This document shows, one piece after another, positions 25,788 through 38,765 of a stretch of DNA of 64,000 nt. Every line of letters starts with the position of its first letter. Within the stretch, counting starts at the first letter, position 1. Source of the stretch: Octopus bimaculoides (taxonomy: Eukaryota); contig NC_068999.1 in NCBI RefSeq assembly GCF_001194135.2, positions 45,146,889 to 45,210,888 of the forward strand, read 5' to 3'. The notes beneath the pieces are model-generated. The model had not been told where the DNA came from, did no database searches, and saw only the letters and a list, made by a program, of their open reading frames with translations. A program made the position numbers and the translations under genes.

Positions 25788-28160
25788 AATGTCATGTTTG
25801 TGTGTACATAGATACAAATGTATATATGAAAATATGTAAATACTTATATAGACATGTATGAATGTATATATGTATGTATGTATATATATATATATATATA
25901 CGTACATACATACATATAGATAAATTGTACACACACACACATATATGTATGCATGGATGTACATCTATGTGTCTATATATTTATGTATGTACCTGTGTGT
26001 GTGAGTGTGTGCACACAAATCTGTCGGTGTGTCAGTATGTGCATGTGTGTGTGTATAACACAGATAACAACAAAAACAACAACAACAGTGATGATAACAT
26101 GGGGGCCTAGGGCAGTTCCAAAAGTTCTGCCTGATTTCACCTCAATTCCCTGGGAAACTATAATGGCTGGAAGCATATGTACTGCACCACCACCTCCACC
26201 ACTACCACCACCACTACTACTGCTGTTGCTGCTACTACTACTACTATGCCAGAACAGAGAACTGCACTGCAATTTGCATGTTCTCAGTAAATAATACCAG
26301 CTATCATTAAAGCCAACCTCTTCGTTGTATGTCACTGAAGAGGAAAATGATTCATAGGGTAGGTTAGCATGCTGAGGAGGTGGAGGGGACGAGGGTGTTG
26401 CTGGGACTGGCGTTTGGGGAGTTTCCCTGGTGGGAGAGGAGAGGGCAAAGGAAGTGAGGTTAGGAGGGAGGAGGTAAAAAATAAAAATGAAGTTAGGGGT
26501 GGATGTGTTTTCTAAACAGTTCATTCATTCTTTCATTGAAGCAAAGGAGATGGTGGTGGTGGTGGTGGTGGTAGTAGTGGTGGGGAAGGATGTGAGGGAA
26601 TGGTGTGGTTAGGTGAGGGGGAGAAGCAGGTTGGGGGGATGGGCCATGCAGAGTGGGGGGGAGGGGGGCAAAGACCATTGGCCAGGACCCAGTTGAACCG
26701 AGCTAGGAGGTTCTATTTTTAAGATTATTTCAAGAATTAGACAAAAGTGCGTTCTCATTGCACTCGCTAACCGAAACCAAGATAAAAGTGCAGAGAGGAG
26801 GAGGAGGAGAAAGAGAAAAAGAAGAAGAACAACAACAACAACAAGAACATGAAGAAGAACAAGAAGAAGAACAAGAAGAACAAGAAGATGATGGTGATGA
26901 TGATGATGATGACAACAACACATGGCAATTATATCATTAGTTGAATGAACTTATATGTATTAAGACAGTTAATTAGCGTTAAATACCAATAACTTGAGAA
27001 ATTAAATATTTTCTTATATTTTTTTACATTATATTTTAATGCTACTTTTCATATTTTTTTTCTTATTTTCGCAATTTTTTTTATACTAATGTATAGCTTA
27101 GAAATGGCACTGAATACACACAGGCAACATTTCATTAAGAAGACAAAAAAAATAATTAACAACAACAACAACGACAATAATAATAATAATAATGATAAAA
27201 ATAATAATTTTATAAACATTATTAATTTTACATGTAGCATGAAAAAATATGAAAAAGAGAGGAGGGAGAAGAGAAAAAGCTTATATTCTCATTAATGCTA
27301 ATTATATACATATCAGGACTTCAGGTTTAAACTTTACATTGGTGTTGCTTTTGTTGCTACTGCTGTTGTTGTTGTTGTTGTTGTCATTAGAATTCCTTTA
27401 TTTGTCAAAAGGTGAATACGTTTACATGGAATCTATTTTAATTTAGTTCACTGTACTCACACAGAAAGGGATCAGCTCGGACCTTCGCTAACTGATTGAA
27501 TTCTTAAATTTCTGAGATGAGAACCTTACAATTATTTTCCCTTTTTTTTCTTTACCTTGTTTCTGTTGTTGTCGTTGTCGGACAGTGGCAATTCTGCTGG
27601 GGCTCCACCGTCAAGGGGTTTAGTCAAACAATTCACCTGCAGTAATTAACATAATATACACAGGTGTGATAAAGAGTGTATTGGGTGCTTTTATGTGCTA
27701 CCGGCATGAGTGCCATTTGCATGACACCAGTATCTGCCACAACCACAATTTTGTGCAGCTTGATGGGTCTTCTTTTCAACATAATGCCTCCATGAGACCC
27801 AACACTCAAAAGGAACTCAGCCACTTTGCTTCCTTGGGGCCCAACGCTCAAGAGGAACTCAACCACTTTGCCTCTGTGAGGCCTAACACTCAAAAGGTCT
27901 TCCTTACATACCACCAGCACAGGTACCGGTTACGTGACACCAGCGTCAGCCACGGCTATGGTCTCACTTGGCTTGCCGGGTCTTCTTAAGCACAGCATAT
28001 CACCAAAGGTCGTCATCACTTGTCATCGCCTCTATGACGCTCAAAGTTTGAAGATCATGTTTCACACACACACACACAAACAGACCCACACACACACATA
28101 TTCTGTTAGTCTTTAATAGATTTCAGCCCTAAGGCTGTGGCCATGTTGGAGCACTGCCAG

Positions 28161-28222
<62 letters not shown>

Positions 28223-31127
28223 NNNNNNNNNNNNNNNNNNNNNNNNNNNNNNNNNNNNNNNNNNNNNNNNNNNNNNNNNNNNNNNNNNNNNNNNNNNNNN
28301 NNNNNNNNNNNNNNNNNNNNNNNNCATATATCAAATCAGATGATATATCTCTTTCTGTATGTTATGAGATGATGGTTTGTTATATTTCTACAAAAGCCAT
28401 AAAATTAGAAACATGGTCTTTTTTAATTCCCATTTTTCAATAAAATTCCAAACAATATCAAACTCCACAACATACTTTTATTTATCAACTCTTTTCTATA
28501 TCAGAGAATTAATGGCGAAAAATATTTATTTCCTCTCATTTACCTGTTCACTTTCTCTGTCTATCATCTCTTCCTTCCCCCTTTTATCTTTCCTCTTCAT
28601 CTCTCTCTCTCTTTCATAGCCATCTCTCTCTTCACTCTCCCTCTCATAACAATCTCTCTTTCCCCTCTCTCTATATTTCTTTTATCCTTATTCTGTCCTC
28701 CACTCTCTCCCCTTCGTCACATCAACCTCTCCCTCTCTCTCCCATCTTCTTACCTATTTCCTCTCTCTCTCATCTTTTCACCTTCTCCCTTTATCTCTCT
28801 CTCTCATCTACTAACTTCCTTTATCTCTCTCTCTTTTATCTTCTAACCTTCTCCCTTTATCTCTCTCTCTCATCTTCTAGCCTTTCTTTGTCTCTCTCTC
28901 TCTCTGTCTCTCATCTACTAACTTCCTTTGTCTCTCTCTCTCTCTCTCTTATCTTCTAACCTTCTCCCTTTATATCTCTCTCTCGCTCTCTCCCCCTCTC
29001 CTATACTCCTTACCCTTTCTCTATGAGAGGATACTTTACATTGCATTTAAAAGAAATGACATTGAAATAATAAATGCTATACAACAACAACAACAACAGC
29101 AACAGCAACAACAGCAACTGGCTTTCAAATATGTTACAGATGTCCTGCAATGATAAATATCTGTGAAACAGATTTAAACATTGGAAAGCAAGTAGGTGAG
29201 ATGAGATGAGAGAGAGAGAGAGAGAGAAAGATAGAGAGAGAGAGAAAGAGAATGGACTGAGAGAGTGGGGGAGAAAAGATAGAAAGAGAGAGAGAGAGAA
29301 AAAATAGAGGGACTGAGAGAGAAGGAGAAGGAATGAAGGGGAGTAACTGCAGTAGGTGTTTTTGTATGTGTGAACTGTGGGGAGAAGTGGCAAATATTCA
29401 TCATCATTTAACGTCTGTTCTCTTTGCTGGCATGGGTTAGATGATTCGCCAGGTGCTGACAGGGCTAAGCTGCACCAGGCTCTATGGTCTGTTTTGGTTT
29501 GGTTCCTGCCATGGATGATCTTCCAAGCACCAACCACTTTACAGGGAGAAATGGAAGAGGTGGGATTTGATATTTTCAATGCCAACCCACCTGAGACCAC
29601 CCCTGCTCATTTTATGATACAAACTTTCTGTTTTAAAATAATCTGAATTAAACCCTTCCATTAAAACTTCCTGATAATTTATGTTCCAAACACCAGCTTA
29701 CTAATGACAAAAATTATTTTACTAATCTTCATCATCATTTCACATCCGTTTTCCATGTTGGCATGGGTTGGACAGTTTGACAAGAGCTGACTAGTTAAAG
29801 TGCTGTTCAGGCTTCACATCTGTTTTGGCGTGGTTTCTATGGCTGGATGCTCTTCCTAACGCCAACCACTTAACAGAGTGTACTGGGTGCTTTTACACAG
29901 TGCCAGCATGGATGCTTTTTGTGTGGCCCCAGCACTTATGAGCCTGCAACATTAGGGATGCTCAGCTGGAGAAGGTTGCAAGGGACAAGACTGTCTGCAA
30001 GGCAACCATGCTTTCATTTAGCTTGACGGTCATTATCCGAAAATATTTTTGAAACAATCCCTTTGCCTGTCCTTGTTTGTCCCCTTGTGGACAATAAAGA
30101 AATAAATAATAATATCAGAATCTTCACTCACTAGCAAGCAACTCTGGAGTGTATACCATGTTTTGGTAATTGGCAGCCTGACCACCCTCAAGGATATGAT
30201 AACTGGAGAGGAGGAAAAGGATTCCATGACATTAGACTGAGACACATTTTCAGTTGATTGGAGGAAGTCGGAACAGCGTGAAATGAAGATCTTTTTTTTT
30301 CTTTTTTTTTTTTTGCTCAAAAACAAAATGTATGCTCAGTGCAGGAATCGAATCTATAACTTTCCGATAGTGAACCAGACACTTTAACTACCAGACCAAA
30401 AGCAAAAGCAAAACCTGTTTAAATAATTTCAAGTACCTCATGTAAAGGTAAACAAAGTGAGTGGAATCACTTGAACTTCCAGCTCAGGAATTACGCTAGA
30501 GCCAGCTGCATAACCAGAAAGTTAGATATAAAATAATATAAGAGCTAAAACAACTATTGCTGTTCCTGGCTTTCCTTTTCTCTCTCTTTCTTTTTTTTTC
30601 TTTTTTTTTACAAGTGGGTACGTTTCTAAAAACACAAGAAGAACAAGAAATATCTTCCAAAACAAATAAAAACCCATACAACAAAATTACGTATATATAC
30701 GAAACCTCTTCACAGTCTCACAGACATAACATATGCTCCCTACCTAAAGCCATTGTATTAATATCCCTACACTGTACCAGCTCCACCTCCTTGGCTCACA
30801 ACTGTAATCCAGTATTTTCTCTTTGGCTTTTTTTTTTTTTAGGGGGTACGCATGTGTAGTTATTTTGTTGGTTTTTTTTTTTTGTTTTACCTTGGAGTAG
30901 AGGAGATTTTTGTTGTTGTTTTGGGGCTTTTTGGAACTTTTTTTTTCCCCTTCATATCTCCCACAACAGTATTTAGATCAATATATATACTCCTTTACTG
31001 TCTTTATGGTGCTGTATCTCTGATAATCCATTCCAATACCTCTTCTTAAAATATACAGAATTACATTACCTTTTATCCTTTTTTACAGAGATACAAAAGC
31101 TCTGGATCAATAGGTTTTCCTACGTTG

Positions 31128-31189
<62 letters not shown>

Positions 31190-31369
31190 ATTTTTCTCTC
31201 TCGCTCACACACACACACACACACAGATGTTTTATAATGTTTCTTTCTCTTATTAGTTTATAAGAAAGAGCAGGCACCGGTACATTATCTAAGTGCACAC
31301 AAACATATCATTGATCACAAAACCCATAGGAAAAGTGACACGAGAACCCTTCATGAAATATAGGAGGAG

Positions 31370-31670
31370 GAGGAGTAGGAGAAGAAGAAGAAGGTGAAGA
31401 AGAAGAAGAACAACAACAAGAAGAACAAGAACAAGAAGAAGGTGACAACAAAGATGAGAAAGACAACAAAGAAGAAGAAGAAGTAGAAGAAGACAAAGAC
31501 GATGAAGACAAAAGACATGAAAGAAGAAGAAGATGAAAAAGAAGAAGAAGATGAAAAAGAAGAAGAAGAAGAAGCAGAAGGTGACAATGAAGAAGATGAA
31601 GAAAGTGACAACAAAGACGAAGAAGACGACAAAGATAAACAAGATGAAGAAGAAGAAGAAGAATTACAAA
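31370..31670. repeat. Compound (GAA/GAC/CAA)n trinucleotide tract
   Basis: Directly visible; a similar tract lies at about 26810-26915. Confidence 0.95.
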
Positions 31671-32397
31671 GGATGAGGTTGAGGAGGTTAGTTTGAAACC
31701 AAGTAACGAAGTCGCACTTCTTCTCAATGAAATCTAATGACAATCAGCAGAACTAGAATAGAACAGGTGAGAGTTTTACAATCACATCGAACGTCAAGTG
31801 TGACACCTGATGCCCACTCATTGGACAAAATGGCCTTAGCAGTGATGCCGTGTGGTATGAGAGACAAGACAGACAGTAGTCAATTAAAAGAAAGAATTTT
31901 TAAAATATGCTCGCATATCTCGTTAATCATTAAGAAATCTTGACAACGATTCCCGCATTTCAGAAACAACACTATGTCCCAGGTGGAAGAAGGGATGGGC
32001 TGGTGGGGAGGTGTAGGATATTGCAGTAATTTAGACAAACATGACTGAACCACTCAAAAATCACTACAGATGACGATGCTAAGGCTTGAAATCTCGGATG
32101 CTGCTCGTTAACAATCTCACCTTCAAAATCTAACAAACACTGTATAACATCTCAAAAAGAAAAGAAATGAAAAGAAACCGTATAAACTCATGGCGGTGCC
32201 CCAGTATGGCCGCAGCTCTTGAATTGTTACTAGAGAAAGAGTAAACCATCTTCTCCAGAGCAAGAATTCTTGAGTTTCATTCAAACAGCTGCTGATGCTC
32301 CATGAAGTTGAAATAAGACTCATAAGTCGTATCACTCAGATGTGTAGGATGATGATGCTGCAGATGCTGCTGATGATGATAAACATATACATATATA

Positions 32398-32715
32398 TGA
32401 TGGGCTTCTTTCAGTTTCCGTCTACCACATCCACTCACAAGGCTTTAGTCGGCTCGAGCATGCTGGAGCACCACCTTTAGTCGAACAAATCGACTCCAGG
32501 ACTTATTCTTTGTATGCCTAGTACTTATTCTATCAGTCTCCTTGGCCGAACCACTAAGTTACGGGGACGCAGACACACCAATCTCCACTCACAAGGCTTT
32601 AGTCGGCCTGAGGCTATAGTAGAAGACACTTGCATAAGACGTCACACAATGGGATTGAACCTGGAACCATTTGGCTGATAAGGAAGCTACTTACTACACA
32701 GCCACTCCTGCACCT
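32398..32715 (-). mobile_element. SINE family A, rearranged or partly duplicated copy
   Basis: The segment ccactcacaaggctttagtcggc occurs twice, with the 3' half of the element between the two. Confidence 0.8.
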
Positions 32716-32792
32716 ATATATATATATATCGTCGATAAAAAATAAATCTCAAAAAGAAGCAATCTCTGAGTTATAGAGCAGTATATTATATA

Positions 32793-32859
32793 TACCCTGG
32801 ATTTCACATCCATGAAGCGCATGAAAGCTAAGTCCTTTATGGATGTGAAACCCAGGGTA
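32793..32859. repeat. 67-nt hairpin (25-bp stem, 17-nt loop)
   Basis: TACCCTGGATTTCACATCCATGAAG...CTTTATGGATGTGAAACCCAGGGTA; one A-C mismatch and one G-T pair. Confidence 0.9.
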
Positions 32860-33160
32860 ATTCCATAAACCAGCCTTATCCAACTTTATTTATATATATA
32901 GGAAAATGAAAAATAATAAGAAGGCAGAATGCTAAACTGGAAGCATATTTTGATAAAGATTTCTAGCCGGCTTTCATTGCATGGCAAATTATCAAGAAGA
33001 GGGACAATGAAAATGTTTTTTACAAAGAAGTAAAAAATGAAAAAAATAATATATAAAAAAAATAATATATAAAAAAATAAATATACCAATACATTATATT
33101 GTCTCTGAGCTTTTGAAGTTCAATGGTAATTCATGTATATAATGGTTGGAAAAATAAGGA

Positions 33161-33461
33161 TGCATGAGAATTGAGAGTTGTGGTAGCTTTAAAAAAAGGG
33201 TTAAAAGTTTGTGTTAAGCAGGAAGTGTGGTGTCAAAAACAGGAAGTGTGTAAGGGGAGACAAATCTTTTTAGTTGGAGTTATGAACTCTTTGTCAACAG
33301 ACATAAACTTCCTGTTGAGAAAGAGTTCATAACTCCAACTAAAAACATTTGTCTCCCCTTACACACACTTCCTGTTTTGACACCACACTTCCTGCTTAAC
33401 ACAAACTTTTAGCCCCTTTTCTCTTTTTTTCAAACCTAACACAACTCTCAATTTTCATGCA
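33161..33461. repeat. Fold-back palindrome (~140-bp arms, 11-nt spacer)
   Basis: 33161-33300 is the near-perfect reverse complement of 33312-33461; centre caacag-acataaacttc-ctgttg. Confidence 0.92.
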
Positions 33462-35274
33462 AAATCCTACACGATTAGGTGAAAAGCGCTTTATTTAATT
33501 TATAAAACATGTGACATTAATAAAAATCTGTAAATGTACAAACATCCAGATTTCTGAGTACCTTAATTTTTTTCTATATAATTTCTGTACATCACNNNNN
33601 NNNNNNNNNNNNNNNNNNNNNNNNNNNNNNNNNNNNNNNNNNNNNNNNNNNNNNNNNNNNNNNNNNNNNNNNNNNNNNNNNNNNNNNNNNNNNNNNNNNN
33701 NNNNNNNNNNNNNNNNNNNNNNNNNNNNNNNNNNNNNNNNNNNNNNNNNNNNNNNNNNNNNNNNNNNNNNNNNNNNNNNNNNNNNNNNNNNNNNNNNNNN
33801 NNNNNNNNNNNNNNNNNNNNNNNNNNNNNNNNNNNNNNNNNNNNNNNNNNNNNNNNNNNNNNNNNNNNNNNNNNNNNNNNNNNNNNNNNNNNNNNNNNNN
33901 NNNNNNNNNNNNNNNNNNNNNNNNNNNNNNNNNTTTTGTAGTCCCCAGGTTACAGTAGAAGACACCTGCACAAGGTGTTGTGTAGTGAGACTGAACCAGG
34001 AATCACATGGTTGCAAATTGAGCTTCTTAATCACACAGCCACATCTGTGACTATGCTCAGTTCTCCTCCCAGACTCTCCTACACACGCCCCCCCCCCATA
34101 TACCCAAACCCAATCCTTCTTCCACGGGATATTAACCTACTGAAAAATTCCTCTCCCATCAATGATTTTCTTGACGACATCAAATTATATCTGTTCAGGT
34201 TAAACAACCGGCCACATCAATGTCACCAGTCTTGGAGGCCTTGATAAGGTCACGAGACGAGGCAGGCAGAGCATTCCCTCTCGCCTGAATAAACCGCAAA
34301 ATATTTTTAAAAAACGAAATAAAAGGCAATATATAAAACAGCACGACTTAAGGCTATACAAAATCTCAAAGAAAACATTGGGAAAATATTTAAATTAGCT
34401 AAAATAGTGGAAATAATGAGGTAAAATTCCACAGAATTAAGTCGAGGTAAAACAGCGTTGAAATTAAAATATATTCACACGCACACATGCATACGCACAA
34501 ACATACACATTTGTACGTACACACAAACACACATATGCTTATATACATGTACACATATACATACACACAGAGAAACAAACAAAACAAATACACACACACA
34601 TTTGCACGCACACATATGCGTATATACATGTACACATACATACACACAAATAAAAACAAATACACAAACACACACATACACACTGGGAAACAAAAACAAA
34701 TAGACACGCAGACACACACACACACACATACACGTGTGCACACACATACCCACTGAGAAACAAAAATAGACACACCCATACAAACACATTTGTACACACA
34801 CACACATACATATACACGTGTGCACACACACATACACACTGAGAAACAAAAATAGACACACACCCATACATACATGTTTGTACACACACATACTGAGAAA
34901 CAAAAACAGACACACACACACACATGCATATAGACGTGTGCACACACACACACACATGCATATACACGTGTGCACACATGCACATACACACACTGTTTGA
35001 CATTATGCCCCATAGTATGAATATTGCTGAAATAAGTCAGAAAATTTAGATTCCTGCAAAGACATTTCTGAAATAAAAAAAGCAAGACATGTCTTCTTCC
35101 CCTTGCCTTTCTTCTTTCTCTTTCTCTCTGCAATAATTTATGGCATTGCTCAAAACTCCAAGGAACAGCAAGCGAAACTAAATTTGTCTGCTAATGTCAG
35201 AGAAAAGCCAAAACTCTGTAAACGTCTCATTGGTGGATTGCATTATATTTCCAGTCCAAAAAAGTCAGACGATA

Positions 35275-35770
35275 TTCATCATCATCATCATCATCATTTA
35301 ACGTCCACTGTCCATGCTGGTATGGGTTGGACAGTTTGACCGGGGCTGGCAAGCTGGAGGGCTGCACCAGACTCCACTCGTCTGATTTGGCATGGTTCTT
35401 CTACAGCTGGATGCCCTTCCTAACACCAACCACTCTACAGAGTGTAATAGGTGCTTTTATGTGCCACTGGCATGGGTGCCAGTTGTATGACACCGGTATC
35501 TGCCACGACTACAATTTCATTTGTTTGATGGGTCTTCTTCTCAAGCACGGCATAATGCCCAGGGTCTCAGCCATTCATCATTGCCTCTGCAAGGCCCAAT
35601 ACTTGAAAGGTGTTTTTAGATGCTTTTACATGGCACCGGCACAGGTGTTTTTATGTGGGACCAACAAGTGCGCTTTTTATGTGACACTGGCACAGGTACT
35701 TTCATGTCACACTGGCACAAGCACTTTTATGTGACACCACCACGGGTACTTGTACAGGGCACCAGCACAG
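35275..35770 (-). mobile_element. Family D long copy with internal tandem subrepeats
   Basis: catcatcatttaacgtcc...gctggatgcccttcctaacaccaaccactct...gtgcttttatgtgccac plus repeated ttttatgtg(a/g)cac units. Confidence 0.8.
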
Positions 35771-35846
35771 ATGGTACTTCTAAAAGATACTGCAGCTATT
35801 TTAATTAAGTCCAAACATCTATTTGTGTATATATGTTGTGTATATA

Positions 35847-36095
35847 CAGGGTATTCCAGAAAGATTTACATCATTTCGTAATCTTAGAACTTGACCAATT
35901 CTTGTTCAAATGATCTCAAATTTTAATAGGATATGCAAAAACAAATCCAAATCGCTCACGAAATTCACAAACCTTTGAATTTCTCATTCAAATTTTGATG
36001 AATAAATCTTATTTTGCTCAACATTAAACCTGTTTAGCTTCATTCGTCCAGATATTTACATCTGAAACGATATCACAAGTTTTTGAAATACCCTG
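35847..36095. mobile_element. Tc1/mariner-type MITE
   Basis: TA|CAGGGTATTCCAGAAAG ... GTTTTTGAAATACCCTG|TG: imperfect TIRs, left TA target site, no coding capacity. Confidence 0.65.
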
Positions 36096-36886
36096 TGTAT
36101 TATAGAAAGAGAGAGGAGGATACACAAAAGCAGACAGATAGAGAATAAGACAGAGACAGACAGACAGACAGACCAAGAATCAGATAGATAGATAAACAAA
36201 CAGACAGACAAACTAACCAGACAAATAAAACAGAGGGAGAGAGAGAGTGTGTGTGAGACAGACAGACAGAATTTATTCTGGAAAGTGTGTGAAACAAATT
36301 ATTTAAAACAAAACTGTTTCGCATGGATTTATTTTATTTTCCTGCATAGATGGCACTTGAAGAAGATACTCCATTTTAATTAAATCCAAACAAATGTTTC
36401 GCTAGAGACGGGCGCCTCAAAAAACAAGAGAAATGGAAAGGGAGGAGAAAAAAAAAACAAACTGAACATCACAAATTACTACTGCCATTCTACATCGCAG
36501 CTGATGTCTGAGTATTTTGATGAAATTTTCTTTGTCCACAAGANNNNNNNNNNNNNNNNNNNNNNNNNNNNNNNNNNNNNNNNNNNNNNNNNNNNNNNNN
36601 NNNNNNNNNNNNNNNNNNNNNNNNNNNNNNNNNNNNNNNNNNNNNNNNNNNNNNNNNNNNNNNNNNNNNNNNNNATATATTGGAACATTAAAAGCATATC
36701 TGACCTCTCACACCTACCCTACAATGTCATTCTAAAACTAAATGATTGCATCATCGAAATCTCATTGCTATGAGATAATTCAGGATTAACTGAAAACAAG
36801 GTGAATGAATAAGCATTCCACTTGATAGAGTAATCTGAATTCTAATGGGTTAACCCTTTAGCATTTAAACAGCCCATATCCGGCCC

Positions 36887-37205
36887 TGTGAAACAATGTC
36901 AGGCTTGCAATCACAAGATAGTCAGTTCCATTACTGGACCAGGCTGTGTGTTGTGTTCTTGAGCAAGATACTTTATTTCATGTTGTTCCAGTTCACTCAG
37001 CTGTAGAAATGATTTGCGACATCACTGGTGCCAAGATGTATCGATCTTTGCCTTTGCCTTTGGATAACATTGATGGTGTGGACAAGTGAGGCTGGTATGC
37101 TTGGGTGACTGCTGGTCTTCCATAAACAACCTTGCCTGGACTTGTACCTTGGAGGGGAACTTTCTAGGTTCAATCCCATGGTCATTCATGACTGAGGAAG
37201 GTCTT
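36887..37205 (+). mobile_element. SINE family C copy
   Basis: Shares ctgtgtgttgtg, ttgagcaagatactttatttca and ctggtcttccataaacaaccttgcc with 20245-20665 and 47188-47345. Confidence 0.8.
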
Positions 37206-38474
37206 TATTTAGTTACTTTATCTGACCTATATATTCTAAGTTTTATATTCAAACTGACCCGATTGAGCTTCTCTCATCTACCCTACAGTCAGTATAATAA
37301 AGTACCTGTCATGTATTAGGGTTTGATGTAATCACCCCCACCACCACCACTCCCTCGCAATTGCAGGCCTTGTGCTAAAATTAGAACAGATCATTAATAT
37401 TACAATTACTAGAGATGATTATTGTAGGGTCAAAAAAAAACATTAGGAGTTTTAAAGTAAATGATGCCCCCTAATAATAAAGAAAGGGTCAAAAGGTGAG
37501 GGGAAGAAAAAGGAGACATAAAATAAAAACAAAATATAAACAAAAGGAACAGAAATCTCTACAACAATGATACCTAAATATTAGACAATAACATTGAATA
37601 AGAAAACTAAAATGAAAAAAGGGGAGAGCGGGCGAGAGGGCGAGGGGGTCGAGAGGGCAAGACAGTGCAAGAGAGGGAGAAAATGAGGGGATAGGAGGAA
37701 AGAAAGGAGTGGAATGTGAGTCACCACTTCCATTGCCCTCCCCCTCTAAAATAAGTCATGGGGGGAAACAACATTCCAGTTTCTTTTTTTTTTTTTTACT
37801 TTCTCTCCTTTATGAAAACTGATAGAAAATATTTTTAAAATAGTTACAAAAGGATTCGGGAGGAGATAAAAGGAAAGGGTTGGCATAAAACTTGCATAAA
37901 AAATAATAAATAGAAAGCAGACTAAAAGATATCGATGACGGTTTTTGTGTTCTTTTTATTTTTATTTTCCCTTGGATAATTATTTCTTCCGTATAAATAA
38001 GGAAAGTATCTCAGAATGTCTCATATTAATAGAAGTGCATGCAGAGGGTTGGGGTAAAGTAAATAAGAAGTTGTGACATTCACACTTTTCCTTCCACCAC
38101 CCTTCAAGGTAATTATTTTTAATTAGCTCACCTAGGTGTGACTGATGAAGTGAAAATAGAATCAAGAGCAGAACTTTCTTGGTAATCTTCTACAATACAA
38201 ATATAACGAACTTACTCTGATTAACCAGACGGAAATGATATTTTCATATTCAAATTTAAACGTCTGTTTGGAAAGCTATTAACTCTGCAAACAGATCATG
38301 GGATCGTGGGTTCAATTACCAGACCAGGCAATAACTCATCATTGCTTTTTAGGAATCCTTTAACTCTCCCAACAGACAATTTAATCTGGTTTTTAAATAA
38401 ATGTGAAGTTAAAAGGATTATCATAACCAACGGACAACACTACAAATTACCAAATAAAGAAGAGCCAATTACAC

Positions 38475-38765
38475 GTTGTTGTTGTTTGTTCCTTCTCGAG
38501 CCATGCCTGGTTTCAATGGTGTATAGGTTCCCCCACCTGGACGGGACGCCAGTCCATCACAGGTGAGCTGTTAGATGCAGGAGGAAAGAATGAGAGAAAG
38601 TTGTGACAAAGGAGTCAGCAAAGGTTCACCATTACCTTCTGCTGGAACCACGTGGAGCTTAGGTGTTTCCCTCATAAATACACACATCACCCGGACTGAG
38701 ATCTGAACCCATGATCTCTCAACTGCAAGTCCACTGCTCTAGTCACTAGGCCATACGTCTCCACA
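38475..38765 (-). mobile_element. tRNA-derived SINE family E
   Basis: Minus-strand head gtggagacgtatggcctagtgactagagcagtggacttgcagttg...gggttcagatc. The body contains cctgtgatggactggcgtcccgtccagg, resembling the V-SINE central domain (recalled). Confidence 0.65.

Noticed and set aside
31502-31696. Acidic E/D/K-rich ORF
   Set aside because: It lies entirely within a compound GAA/GAC trinucleotide tract, with no splice signals or domain.
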